From Mobula hypostoma (lineage: Eukaryota), in the NCBI RefSeq assembly GCF_963921235.1, contig NC_086098.1:2232001-2296000 (forward strand): a stretch of 64,000 bases of DNA. Reading direction: 5' to 3'. The notes under the pieces were generated by a model. The model had not been told where the DNA came from and searched no databases. It worked only from the letters and a program-made list of their open reading frames with translations. Positions 23,958 to 36,571 of the stretch are shown piece by piece. The position numbers and the translations under genes are program-made. Each line of letters opens with the position of its first letter. The stretch's first letter is position 1.

Positions 23958-24261
23958 ATAGGCATCCGTTAGTATCGTGAGACCATGGATTTGCACCTTG
24001 GAAGGTTTCCAGGGCGCAGGCCTGGGCAAGGTTGTATGGAAGACCGGCAGTTGCCCATGCTGCAAGTCCCCCCTCTCCACGCCACTGATGTTGTCCAAGG
24101 GAAGTGCAAGGGCCGATACAGCTTGGCACCGGTGTCATCACAGAGCAATGTGTGGTTAAGTGCCTCGCTCAAGGACACAACACAAACCTCAGCTGCGGCT
24201 CGAACTAGCGACCTTCAGGTCACTAGACTGACACCTTAACCCCCTGGCCACACGCCAACAC
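23958..24261 (-). mobile_element. tRNA-derived SINE with CORE-like block and RTE-related body
   Basis: Minus strand: A-box-like TGGCCAGGGG, B-box-like GTTCGAGCC, CORE-like TGTGTCCTTGAGCGAGGCACTTAACC, 3' body similar to 49693-49847. Confidence 0.75.
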
Positions 24262-25428
24262 AAAATTTACAAGTTTAACAAATGATTGCGGAAAAAGAAA
24301 AGAAAGACAAAATGCCTATTCCAGTTAAACCAGTCGAATGTGCACATAAGTATAAACGTCGCAGTGCCGTTGTTGGAGTGGACATAGTCAGAGTGGTAAT
24401 CTTGAGGCTTTAGCTCTTTGAGGCTTCAGAGAAGAGAAGCTTCAGCCAGAGAAAGCAAAGGAAAGAAAAGTTCAAGAGTTTTTCCTTTCTCTTCTTTATA
24501 TCTGCTCTACAAGGAGAGTAGAGATGCCAGGCAGGGTAGTGAAATGCTCCTCTGTGGGATGTGGAAAGACTGTGAGACCTCCAGTGTCCCTGACAACTAC
24601 AACTGTGAGAAGTACATCCAGCTGCAGCTTCTAACAAACTGTGTTGAGGAATTGGAGCTGGAACTGGATGAACTCCAGATCATTCAGGAGGCTGAGGGGT
24701 GATAGGTAGGACATTTAGGGATGTTGTTACACCCAAGAACAGGAAACTGGGTGACAGTCAGAAAGGGGAAAGGGGTGAAGGAGCCAGTGTAGAGTAGCTC
24801 AACAACAGGTTTATTGCTTGATATGCTGTTGGGGGGGGGGGATTGGGGGAGAGACCTAACAGAGGAAAGTCATGGAGGCCGAGTTTCTGACACTGAGTCT
24901 GCCTCTGTGAGTCAGAAGGGAAGCGGGGAGAAGAGGCACGCTGAGATGATAGGGAATTAGTTAGAGGAATGGACAGGAACTTTGCGGGTGAGAATGACAT
25001 CCCCGGATGGTATGTTGCCTTCTGGGTGCCAGGGCCCAGGATATCTAAGGTTGAGTCCTCAGCATTCTTAAGTGGGAGGGTGAACAGCCAGAAGTTGTGG
25101 TCCTGGTAGGTACCAATGACATGGGTAGGAGTATTGACGAGGTTCTGCATGGGGAGTTCAGGGAATTAGGTGCTAAGTTAAAGGACAGGCCTCCAGGGTC
25201 ATGATTGCTACCCATGCCACGTGCTAATGAGACCAGAACTAAGAAGATTATACAGTTTAATATGTGGCTAAGGACTTGGTGTTGGAGGGAGGGCATATGA
25301 TTTTTGGATCATTGGGCTCTCTTCCAGGAAAGGTGGGAGCTGTACAGAACGGATAGTTTGCACCTGAACTGGAGGGGCTAATATCCTAAGGGGATGGTTT
25401 GTTAATGTTGCAGGATGCAGTTTAAACT

Positions 25429-27587
25429 AATTTTTAATTGGAGAAGGGCAAGTTATGACGCTATAAGGCTAGAACTCGCAGGTGTGAACTGGGATGATGT
25501 TTTTGCAGGGAAATGTACTATGGACATGTGATCGATGTTTAGAGATCTCTTGCAGGATGTTAGGGATAAAATTGACTCGGTGAGGAAGTTAAAGAATGGT
25601 AGGGTGAAGGAACCATGGGTGACAAGTGAGGTGGAAAATCTAGTCAGGTGGAAGAAGGCAGCATACATGAGGTTTCGGAAGCAGGGATCAGATGGGTCTA
25701 TTGAGGAATATAGAGAAGCAAGAAAGGAGCTTAAGAAGGGGCTGAGAAGAGCAAGAAGGGGGCATGAGAAGGCCTTGGCGAGTAGGGTAAAGGTAAACCC
25801 CAAGGCATTCTTCAATTATGTGAAGAAAAAAAGGATGACAGGAGTGAAGGTAGGACCGATTAGAGATAAAGGTAGAAAGATGTGCCTGGAGGCCATGGAA
25901 GTGAGCGAGGTCCTCAGTGAATACTTCTCTTTGGTATTCACCAATGAGAGGGAACTTTATGATGGTGAGGACAATATGAGTGAGGTTGATGTTCTGGAGC
26001 ATCTTGATATTAAGGGAGAGGAGGTATTGGGGTTGTTAAAATACATTAGGACGGATAAGTCCCCGGGGCCTGACGGAATATTCCCCAGGCTGTTCCACGA
26101 GGTGAGGGAAGAGATTGCTGAGCTTCTGGCTAGGATCTTTATGTCCTCATTGTCCACGGGAATGGTACCGGAGGATTGGAGGGAGGCAAATGTTGTCCCC
26201 TTGTTCAAAAAAGGTAGTAGGGATAGTCCAGGTAATTATAGACCAGTGAGCCTTACGTCTGTGGTGGGAAAGCTGTTGGAAAAGATTCTTAGAGATGGGA
26301 TCTCTGGGCATTTAGAGAATCATGGTCTGATCAGGGACAGTCAGCATGGCTTTGTGAAGGGCAGATCATGTCTAACAAGCCTGATAGAGTTCTTTGGGGA
26401 GGTGACCAGGCATATAGATGAGGGTAGTGCAGTGGATGTGATCTATATGGATTTTAGTAAGGCATTTGACAAGGTTCCACACGGTAGGCTTATTCAGAAA
26501 GTCAGAAGGCATGGGATCCAGGGAAGTTTGGCCAGGTGGATTCAGAATTAGCTTGCCTGCAGAAGGCAGAGGGTGGTGGTAGAGGGAATACATTCAGATT
26601 GGAGGATTGTGACTAGTGGTGTCCCACAAGGATCTGTTCTGGGACCTCTACTTTTCATGATTTTTATTAACGACCTGGATGTGGGGGTAGAAGGATAGCT
26701 TGGCAAGTTTGCAGACGACACAAAGGTTGGTGGTGTTGTAGATAGTGTAGAAGATTGTCAAAGATTGCAGAGAGACATTGATAGGATGCGGAAGTGGGCT
26801 GAGAAGTGGCAGATGGAGTTCAACCCGGAGAAGTGTGAGGTGGTACACTTTGGAAGGACAAACTCCAAGGCAGAGTACAAGGTAAATGGCAGGATACTTG
26901 TTAGTGTGGAGGAGCAGAGGGATCTGGGGGTCCCTGAAAGTTGCCTCACAGGTGGATAGGGTAGTTAAGAAAGCTTATTGGTTGTTAGCTTTCATAAGTC
27001 GAGGGATAGAGTTTAAGAGTCGCAATGTAATGATGCAGCTCTATAAAACTCTAGTTAGGCCACACTTGGAGTACTGTGTCCAGTTCTGGTCACCTCACTA
27101 TAGGAAGGATGTGGAAGCATTGGAGAAGGTACAGAGGAGATTTACCAGGATGCTGCCAGGTTTAGAGAGTATGGATTATGATCAGAGATTAAGGGAGCTT
27201 GGGCTTTACTCTTTGGAGAGAAGGAGGATGAGCGGAGACATGATAGAGGTGTACAAGATCTTAAGAGGAATAGATAGACTGGATAGCCAGCGCCTCTTCC
27301 CCAGGGTACCACTGCTCAATACAAGAGGACATGGCTTTGAGGTAAAGGGTGGGAAGTTCAAGGGGGATATTAGAGGAAGGTTTTTTACTCAGAGAGTGGT
27401 TGGTGCGTGGAATGCACTGCCTGAGTCAGTGGTGGAGGCAGATACACTGGTGAAGTTTAAGAGACTACTAGACAGGTATATGGAGGAATTTAAGGTAGGG
27501 GGTTATATGGGAAGCAGGGTTTGAGAGTCGGCACAGCATTGTGGGCCGAAGGGCCTGTATTGTGCTGTACTATTCTATGTTGTATGT
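25429..27587 (+). mobile_element. Young CR1 LINE, 5' truncated, nested in an older CR1
   Basis: ORFs 25535-26551, 26765-26959, 26886-27524 (RT motifs; a few stops and one frameshifting deletion); TTCTATG tail. Confidence 0.95.
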
Positions 27588-27894
27588 TAAAGTTGCAGGG
27601 AGTTGTGAACCAGAGTGCCAGAGGTTAGTGGAAAGGTTGTAGAGGTAGATACTGGTAAGACCTCAGACAAAGATAAGAATCAAAAGGTTGAGGATGGTGC
27701 GACTATTGTCCTGAGCTGCGTATATTTCAATGCAAGAGGCATTCTAGGAAAGGCAGATGATAGTACTGAAGATGAGGTAGCTGGTTTACAAACAGAGGCA
27801 ATGTATAGTGAGGAGAGGCAAGCAATCAGGGAAAATTGTAGTCAACAGGATGAGTTGCAACGTAAAAGGTGGAAAGGATTCAATAAGGTAAGAT

Positions 27895-28410
27895 AAGGTA
27901 AGAGGATAAAACTTTACTTTTCTGAAGGAAATTATTACTGTAAGGTTGCTCAATCAGAAATATATACTTTTAAAAACAAAATGTAAGCACTGAGGTACAA
28001 AAAAGAATACAAAATGAGTATTAAAAATAATTGTGCAAGATACAAAAGTAATTGTGCAATGAAACCATATATTTAGGGGGGTAGTTGTGGAGTCTTATAG
28101 CCACAGGGAGAAAGGATCTCCTGTGGCGTTCAATGGTGCACCTCGGTGGAATCAGTCTGTGACTGAAGATACTCCTCTGTTTCTCCAGAATGTCATGGAA
28201 GGGGTGAGGGGGATTGTGCATCATGCTCTGTAACTTCTGCAGCATCATCCCTTCAGACACAACCACCAGGGAATCCAGCTCCACTCCCGGAACTTATCCA
28301 ACCTTCCTGATGACTTTATCGATTTTCTTGGCATCAGCTGCTCTCACCTGCTGACGTGGCCACCACTGAGTCGCAGAAGATCTGCAGCGCAGTGCTGCGG
28401 GACGCAGGGC
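27895..28410 (-). mobile_element. Rex1/Babar-type 3' fragment
   Basis: ORF 28021-28284 KLQSMMHNPPHPFH..RLIPPRCTIERHRRSFLPVAIRLHN. Confidence 0.75.
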
Positions 28411-30809
28411 ACAGTGATACAGTGCTGTATCTGAATGCATGCAGTACACAGAATAAAGTAGATGAACTTACAGCACAGTTGCAGATTGGTATGTATGATG
28501 CTGAATCATGGCCGAAAGATTATAGCTGGGAGCTTAATGTTGGAGGGTACACATTGTATTGAAAGGATAGGCAGGAAGATAGGGGGAACGGCATTGTTCT
28601 GTTGGTAAAAAATGAAATCAAATCATTAGAGGGAGGTGGGTAATTTAGGGTCGGAATGCGTTGAATCATTGTGGATATAGCTAAGAAACTGCAAGGGCAA
28701 AAAGACACTAATGGGAGTTGAATACAGACTCCTAAAAGGTAGTAAGACTATGGCCTACAAATTATATTACAAACGTTTGTAGGAGATAGAAAATGTATGT
28801 CAAAAGGGCAATGCTACAATACTTCAATATACAGGTAGATTGGGAAAATCAGGTTGGTGCTGGACTACAGGAGGGAGAGTGCCTACAAGATGACTCCTTA
28901 GAGTAGCTTGCGATTGAACCTACTAGAGGATCAGCTATCTAGATTGGGTGTTGGGCAATGAACCAGAATTGATTAGATACTTAAGCAAGCGATCATATGA
29001 TCAAATTCACTCTGAAATTTGAGAAAGAGAAGCTAAAGTTAGATGTATCAGTATTGCAATGGGGTAAAGGGAATTACAGAGGCATGAGAGAGGAGTTGGC
29101 CAGAATTGATTAGCAAAGAACACTAGCAGGAATGGCTGGAATTTCTGGAAAGAATTCAAAAGGCAAAGGATATCTACATCCCAAAGAGGAAAACATATTC
29201 TAAAGGAAAGGTGACACAGCCATGACTAACAAGAGAAGTCAAAGCCAACATAAAAGCTAAAGAGAGGGTATATAATAGAGAAAACAATTAGTGGGAAGTT
29301 AGAGGATTGGGAAGCTTTTAAAAACAGAAGGGAACTAAAAAGGTTATTGAGAATGTAAGTAAGTTAGCTATTAATATTAAACAGGACACCAAAAGTTTCT
29401 TCAGATACATAAAGTGTAAAAGAGAGGTGAGGGTAGATATTGGACCACTGGAAAACAATGCTGGTGAGGTAGTAATGTGGACAGTGAAATGATAGATGAA
29501 CTGAACAGAATAAGTATTTTGTATTAGCCTTCACTGCGGAAGACACTAGCAGTGTGGTGTAAGTTCCAGCTGTCAGTGGGTATGAGTGTGCAAAGTTACC
29601 ATAACAAAAGAGAAGGCTCTTGGAAAACTGAAAAGTCTGAAGGTAGATCAGTTACTTGGACCAAATGGTGTACACCCAACAGTTCCAAAAGAGGTAGCTA
29701 AAGAGATTCTGGAGGCATTATCAATGATCTTCTAAAAAACACGAGATTCTGGAATGGTTCTGGAAGACTAGAAAATTGCAAATGTCTCTCCACACTTCAG
29801 GAAAGGAGCGAGACAGAAGAAAGGGAACTATAGACCAGTTAGTCTGATCTCAGTGGTTGTGAAGATGTTAGAGTTGATTATTAAGGATGAGGTCTCTGGA
29901 TATTTGGAGGCACATGATAAAATAGGCCATAGTCAGCATGGTTTCCTCAGGGGAAAACCTTGCCTGACAAATCTGTCGGAATTCTTGAAAGAAATAACAA
30001 ACAGGATAGAGAAAGGAGAATCGATGATGTTGCAGAAGGCCTTTAACAAGGCGCCACAGAGAGACTGCTTAACAAGCTACGAGTCCTTGTGCAAGATTCC
30101 CTAAAGTTTAATTTGCTGGTTGAGTCTGTGGTGAGGAAAGTAAATGTAATGTTAGCATTAATATCAAGAGCACTAGCATATTACAGCAAGGATATAATGT
30201 TGAAAATTCATAAAGTACTAGTGAGGCCTCACTTGGAGTATTGTAGCAGGTTTGGGCCCTTTATCTCAGAAAGGATGTGCTGAAACTGGAGAGGGTTCAA
30301 AGGAGATTCACAAAAATGATTCCAGGATTGAATGGCTTGTCATATGAAGTGTTTGATGGATCTGGGCCTGTATTCACTGGAATTCAGAAGAATACTTGAA
30401 ATCTATCAAAAGCTGAAAGGCCTTGATAGAGTGGATGTGGAGAGGATGTTTACTATGGTGGGAGAGTCTATGACCAGAGGACACAGACTCAGAATAGAGC
30501 GGAGATGAAGGAGATGAAGAGGAATTTCTTTAACTAGAGAGTAGTGAATCTGTGGAATTCTTTGCCACTGGAAGCTGTGGAGGCCAAGTCTTTATGTATA
30601 TTTTAGGCAGAGGTTGATAGATTCTTGATTGGTCAGGGCATGAAGGGATATGGACAGAAGTTGGTAGACTGAGACTGAGAGGAAAACTGGATCAGCCATG
30701 ATGAAATGGCAGAGCAGACTCGATGGGCCAAATAACCTAATTCTGCTCTTATATCTTATGGTCTTAGTCTGATGGTCTTATAAACATTGAAGCTCATGCT
30801 GGAGTAATC

Positions 30810-31295
30810 AGGGGTGTACCTCTGTTCTCATTCACCGCACTCATGGTCTGCTGAAAGCAACGCCACATTCCGAACTCTCCTCAAGGACCATTTTGAACCA
30901 TCTACCTCTCTCTAGTGCATTCCTTGGGACCATTGATCTGTACAAAGCCCTTCACACATGGCTGGGAAGAAGCCAGTATTAGAAGGTGAGGGGAGGGGAA
31001 GGATGGCAAAGTCTGCAGGTGAGGCATGGTGAGGAGAAGCTGAAGATGAATTAATCTGACAGGAGAGGATTTCTCCTCACCTGCCAAGTACTTCCTTCTC
31101 TTTTCTGCTCTTCCTCCCATGGTCAACAGTCCTGTCCTATCAGATTCCTTCTTCGTCAGCCTGTAATACCACCGAGCTTCTTACTTCAGCCTCCACCCAC
31201 CCACTTTCCCTCTCACCCATCACCTGCCAGCTTGTACTCTTTCCCCTCCGCTACCTTCAAATTCTGGCTTCTGCCTCTTTCTTTTCCAGTCCTGA
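30810..31295. mobile_element. Decayed Penelope fragments including an inverted pLTR pair
   Basis: Purine-rich pLTR piece (about 30955-31070, -) followed by pyrimidine-rich pLTR (+) ending at CAGTCCTGA. Confidence 0.6.
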
Positions 31296-31490
31296 GCTGC
31301 CAGACGAGGTGGTAAATGTGGGTTCTTTTTTAACATTTTAGAATAAATTGGACAGATACGTGGATGGGAGGTGTATGGAGGGATATGGTCCGTGTGCAGG
31401 TCAGTGGGACTAGGCAGAAAATGGTTTGGCACAGCGAAGAAGGCCAAAAGGCCTGTTTCTGTGCTGTAGTTTCTATAGTTCTATGGTTCT
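31294..31490 (+). mobile_element. CR1 3' end (same family as 41324-44054)
   Basis: Near-identical to the reverse complement of 41324-41573. Confidence 0.85.
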
Positions 31491-31999
31491 AATAAAGAGT
31501 ATGTGGTTAGTCCCTTTCCACATACTACAACATATCTTTTCTAACATATTCTGGCATGTCTTGGATCAAATGCCTGTTCAGTAAATTTTTTAAATTGCTA
31601 ATTCAATAATTGGTACATTAATGGTTTAAAGTCAAAGTAAAGTTTATTATCAAATCACAGGTATGTCACCAGATATAACCCTGAGATTCTTTTTCTTTGT
31701 GCATGCTTAGCAAATCTATAGAACAGTAACTGTAAACAGGATCAATGGACAAAAAACCATGCAAATACAGATATAAATGAATAGCAATAAATAACGAGCA
31801 TGAAATAACAAGATAAAAGAGTCCTTAAATGAGTGTAGTTATCTCCTTTTGTTGAAGAGCCTGATGGTTGAGGGGTAGTAACTGTTCTTGGACATGGTGG
31901 TGTGAGCCCTGAGGTTCCTGTATCCTTTATTTTATTAGAAGAGTGAACCATTCGTGATACCTATATTAGATTCTGCATCATGACTGGAAGGTGATGATC

Positions 32000-32135
32000 C
32001 AGTCTTAATGAAGGGTGTCAGCCCGGAACATCAACTGTTTATTCCTTTCCATAGATGTTGTCTGACCTGCTGAGTTCCTCCAGCATTTTGTGTGTGTTGC
32101 TCTGGATTTCCAGCATCTGCAGAATCTCTTGTGTT
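32000..32135 (+). mobile_element. Penelope-like pLTR end with degenerate hammerhead
   Basis: CAGTC-TTAATGA-AGGGTGTCAGCCC-GGAA-CATC-AACTG then the standard pLTR end. Confidence 0.75.
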
Positions 32136-32844
32136 AATGTCCAGAACTATTTTAAACATCCCATGAACTGTACTATACCAGATCAAGAATGATATACAGT
32201 AACTTGAAAGAATAGCACACAGGATACCCAGATCAGTCATCGGTCTGATTTTACAGGCAATTCGGGAAGTTTTTATGGGAAGCACAGTATCCCAGAAACC
32301 TTTGCTATTAATCTGTACCCTGATGAATGTTGCCTGTCAAAGCAAATACTAAAATCCTCTGTTCCCACTCTTTAATCCTATTACTCTTAGACTGACCTCC
32401 AACCTCTGCTAAAATGAGGACAAGGATGACTTTGTGTTTCATGAGTCCAACAATTTATGAGCAATTAAAGGCAAAGAGACATGGAGCATCCATCATATCA
32501 GCCACTGGACTGGCAGCAGAGGTCAGGAGTCTCAGCGATGAAGTGCACACAATATATTTTTATTTCTGTTTGGGCTCTGCAGAGAACAGGTTTGTTGAAA
32601 ATTATAATACACAGTCTAACAGTTCAGAAGAGCTGTAGTTCATCTTGCAAAAGGATCCATGTGTGACCAGATAGGATGTGACAGAAAACAAAACATAATA
32701 CTACTGAGAAAAATGCCTGTGAGAACTGTATATTTTATCTCAGAGGGGTGGTTAGAAAGGGTGGAGTGGGAAGATATTTCTCCTCACAATGTAATCATAC
32801 GCATGAGTGCAAATAATATTTATTCTATCTTTGTATTTTGCTTC

Positions 32845-32928
32845 TCCCTCTCTTTGTCTGTCTCTCTCTAACTCTCTCTCTGTCTCTTTCTCTCTCTCTG
32901 TCACACACACACACACACACTCACACAC
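32845..32928. repeat. (TC)n(AC)n microsatellite
   Basis: Read directly. Confidence 0.9.
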
Positions 32929-33559
32929 AATTCTCTCAGCTCCTTCCACCACTTCTGTATAAACAATTTCTGAGGCCAAAGATGTTCTTTGGATCAATGA
33001 GCTTAAACTCAAAAATTATCTTTACAACTGGCATCCTAAATAATGTTCATTTTTTAAAAGTAACCCATTTTTGAGCAGAGTTTCTTTGAAAGCTAAGCAT
33101 GGTTTGCCTTACTTTTTTTAAGATACGGAGAATTTTATTCTTTCCATCATTTCAATGGTATCACAGTGCCTCTGTTGTGTAAGAACATTTTATAGCTACC
33201 ACAGCTGTAGTAACAATAAATATTTCAAACAAGTTAAGGTCTTTTCCATCAAGTAGGTGTTAAAATCTGTAATTATAATTCTATAGTAGGGACCAGTGGT
33301 CCATTTTGCATGAGCAAGACTGTGACAAAGGTATACACCGTTAGACTGTAGATACCACATATTTAGATCTGTGCTAAACCCACTGTACAAAGGACAAATC
33401 AGCTAAATAGCCTGTGATTAATAGGGAAAAAAGTAAACTGACAATTAATACAGAAGACTGAACATGATACAAGTCTTGGTTTATGCTGGTAAAATCATTC
33501 CATTCAGTCTATTGAGTATGCTTTGCCATTCCTCCCAACCCCATTCCCCTGCTGCATAA

Positions 33560-34727
33560 ATCTCCTTTGCACTCTTGCTATAGAATCCACATCTTTCCTG
33601 TAGTGAGGTGACCAGAACTGAACACAGTACTCCAAGTGTGTCTAACTAAGGTCTTGTATAGTTGCAACTAACCCAGCCATCCACATTTTTCTCCAAGTCA
33701 TTTATACTGTATACATCACAAACAGCAGAGGTCTCAGCATAAATCCCTGCAGAACAACATTAATTACAGACCTCCAACTGGAATATGTCCCTTCAGCCAC
33801 TACCCTCTGTATTTATGCCCAAGCCAGTTCTGAATCCAAACAGCCAATTCAGAATCAGGTTTATCATCACTGGCATGTGATGTGAAATTTGTTCACTTAG
33901 CAGCAGCAGTTCAGTGCAATACATAGTCCAGCAGAGAGAGAAAAAAATAATAATAATAGTAAATAAGTAAATCCTATTCAGTATACTTTATGCAGTATAT
34001 GTATATTGAATAGATTGAAAATTGTGCAAAAAACAAAAATAAAAGCGAGGGAGTGTCCATTTCGGAATCGGATGGCAGAGGGGAAGAAGCTCTGTGGACC
34101 CAATGCCTCTTAACCTTCTGGATGAGTCTCCCATGAGGAACTTTGACAAACGCCTTACGAATATCCATGCAGACAACATCCGCTGCCCCATCCTCATCAA
34201 CTTCTCTCGTCACCTTGTCAAAAAACTCAACCAAGTTGTTAAGACATGACCTACCCTGTGCATAGCCTGAGTTAGGCCATGAGCTTCCAAATGCTCATAC
34301 ATCCTATCCCTAAGAATTTTCTCCAGCAAATTCCCTACAAAACTGATGTGAGACTCACTTCTCCAGAGTTTCCAGGATTTTCCCTTGTTCCCTTCTGAAA
34401 TAGAAGTACAGCATTAGCTGCTTGCCTGTCCTCTGGGACCTTGCCTGTGGCTAAAGGGAACACAAAGATCAAGGCCCCGGCAATCTCGTCCCCTGCCTCC
34501 TTCAAATCCCATCAGGCCCTGAGGACTTATTCACCTTAATACTCATTAGGAGGGTCAACACGTCCTCCTCCTTGACCCCTAAAAGCCCTAACATGTTTAT
34601 ACATTCATCAACGATCTCTTGATCCTCCATATCTTTCTCCTTGGTAAACATTGAACCAAAGTGCTCTTTAAGTACCTCACTCATATTCTCTGCATCCAAG
34701 CAAATGTTCCCCCTTTATCCTTCAGTG
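33560..34727 (-). mobile_element. Old CR1 RT fragments with a Rex1-type tail inserted at about 33851-34092
   Basis: ORFs 33974-34234 EFFDKVTREVDEDGAADVVCMDIRKAF and 34502-34699 IKVNKSSGPDGI. Confidence 0.8.
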
Positions 34728-35082
34728 TTAGAAACATAGAAACATAGAAAATCTACAGCACAATACAGGCCCATCGGCCCACAAAGTTGTGCTGAACATG
34801 TCCCTACCTTAGAAATTACTAGGCTTACCTATAGCCCTCTATTTTACGAAGCTCCATGTACCTGTCCAGCAGTCTCTTAAAAGACCCTATCGTATCCACC
34901 TCCACCACAGTCACCGGCAGCTCATTCCACGCATTCACCACTCTCTGAGTAAAAAACTTACCCCTGACATCTCCTCTGTACCTACTCCACAGCACCTTAA
35001 ACCTGTGTCTTCTTGTGGCAACCATTTCAGCCCTGGGAAAAAGCCCTGACTATCCACATGATCAATGCCTCTCATCATCTTA

Positions 35083-36571
35083 TAGAAACATAGAAACATA
35101 GAAAATAGGTGCAGGAGTAGGCCATTCGGCCCTTCGAGCCTGCACCGCCATTTATTATGATCATGGCTGATCATCCAACTCAGAACCCCGCCTTCCCTCC
35201 ATACCCCCTGACCCCTGTAGCCACAAGGGCCATATCTAACTTCCTTTTAAACATAGCTAATGAACTGGCCTCAACAGTTTGCTGTGGCAGAGAATTCCAC
35301 AGATTCACCACTCTCTGTGTGAAGAAGTTTTTCCTAACCTCGGTCCTAAAAGGCTTCCCCTCTATCGTCAAACTGTGACCCCTCGTTCTAGACCTCCCCA
35401 ACATCGGGAACAATCTTCCCGCATCTAGCCTGTCCAATCCCTTTAGGATCTTATACATTTCAATCAGATCCCCCCTCAATCTTCTAAATTCCAACGAGTA
35501 CAAGCCCAGTTCATCCAGTCTTTCTTCATATGAAAGACCTGCCATCCCAGGAATCAATCTGGTGAACCTTCTTTGTACTCCCTCTATGGCAAAGATGTCT
35601 TTCCTCAGATTAGGGGACCAAAACTGCACACAATACTCCAGGTGTGGTCTCACCAAGGCCTTGTACAACTGCAGTAGTACCTCCCTGCTCCTGTACTCGA
35701 ATCCTCTCGCTATAAATGCCAGCATACCGTTCGCCTTTTTCACCGCCTGCTGTACCTGCATGCCCACTTTCAATGACTGGTGTATAATGACACCCAGGTC
35801 TCGTTGCACCTCCCCTTTTCCTAATCGGCCACCATTCAGATAATAATCTGTTTTCCTATTTTTGCCACCAAAGTGGATAACTTCACATTTATCCACATTA
35901 AATTGCATCTGCCATGAGTTTGCCCACTCACCCAACCTATCCAAGTCACCCTGTATCCTCTTAGCATCCTCCTCACTGCTAACACTGCCACCCAGCTTCG
36001 TGTCATCCGCAAACTTGGAGATGCTGCATTTAATTCCCTCATCCAAGTCATTAATATATATTGTAAACAACTGGGGTCCCAGCACTGAGCCTTGCGGTAC
36101 CCCACTAGTCACCGCCTGCCATTCTGAAAAGGTCCCGTTTATTCCCACTCTTTGCTTCCTGTCTGCTAACCAATTCTCCACCCACACCAATACCTTACCC
36201 CCAATACCGTGTGCTTTAAGTTTGCACACTAATCTCCTGTGTGGGACCTTGTCAAAAGCCTTTTGAAAATCCAAATATACCACATCCACTGGTTCTCCCC
36301 TATCCACTCTACTAGTTACATCCTCAAAAAATTCTATGAGATTCGTCAGACATAATTTTCCTTTCACAAATCCATGCTGACTTTGTCCGATCATTTCACC
36401 GCTTTCCAAATGTGCTGTTATCACATCCTTGATAACTGACTCCAGCAGTTTCCCCACCACCGACGTTAGGCTAACCGGCCTATAATTCCCCGGTTTCTCT
36501 CTCCCTCCTTTTTTAAAAAGTGGGGTTACATTAGCCACCCTCCAATCCTCAGGAACTAGTCCAGAATCTAA
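35083..36571 (-). mobile_element. Young CR1 (second family), 5' truncated, RT region open
   Basis: No stops from LDSGLVPEDW through QGSVLGP and FADD to stop at 35180; (TTTCTATG)n tail; sister copy 53980-54768. Confidence 0.95.

Larger units (their letters stand above)
24340..30775 (+). mobile_element. Old near-full-length CR1 (ORF1 plus ORF2) broken by younger insertions
   Basis: ORF1 remnant LCGMWKD..CEKYIQLQLLTNCVEELELELDEL; esterase remnant 24950-25420; resumes at 27588; EN LYLNACSTQNKVDEL from about 28420; RT and 3' UTR to 30775. Confidence 0.8.

Noticed and set aside
24185..24261. tRNA gene
   Set aside because: SINE head; no complete cloverleaf and it continues into the SINE body
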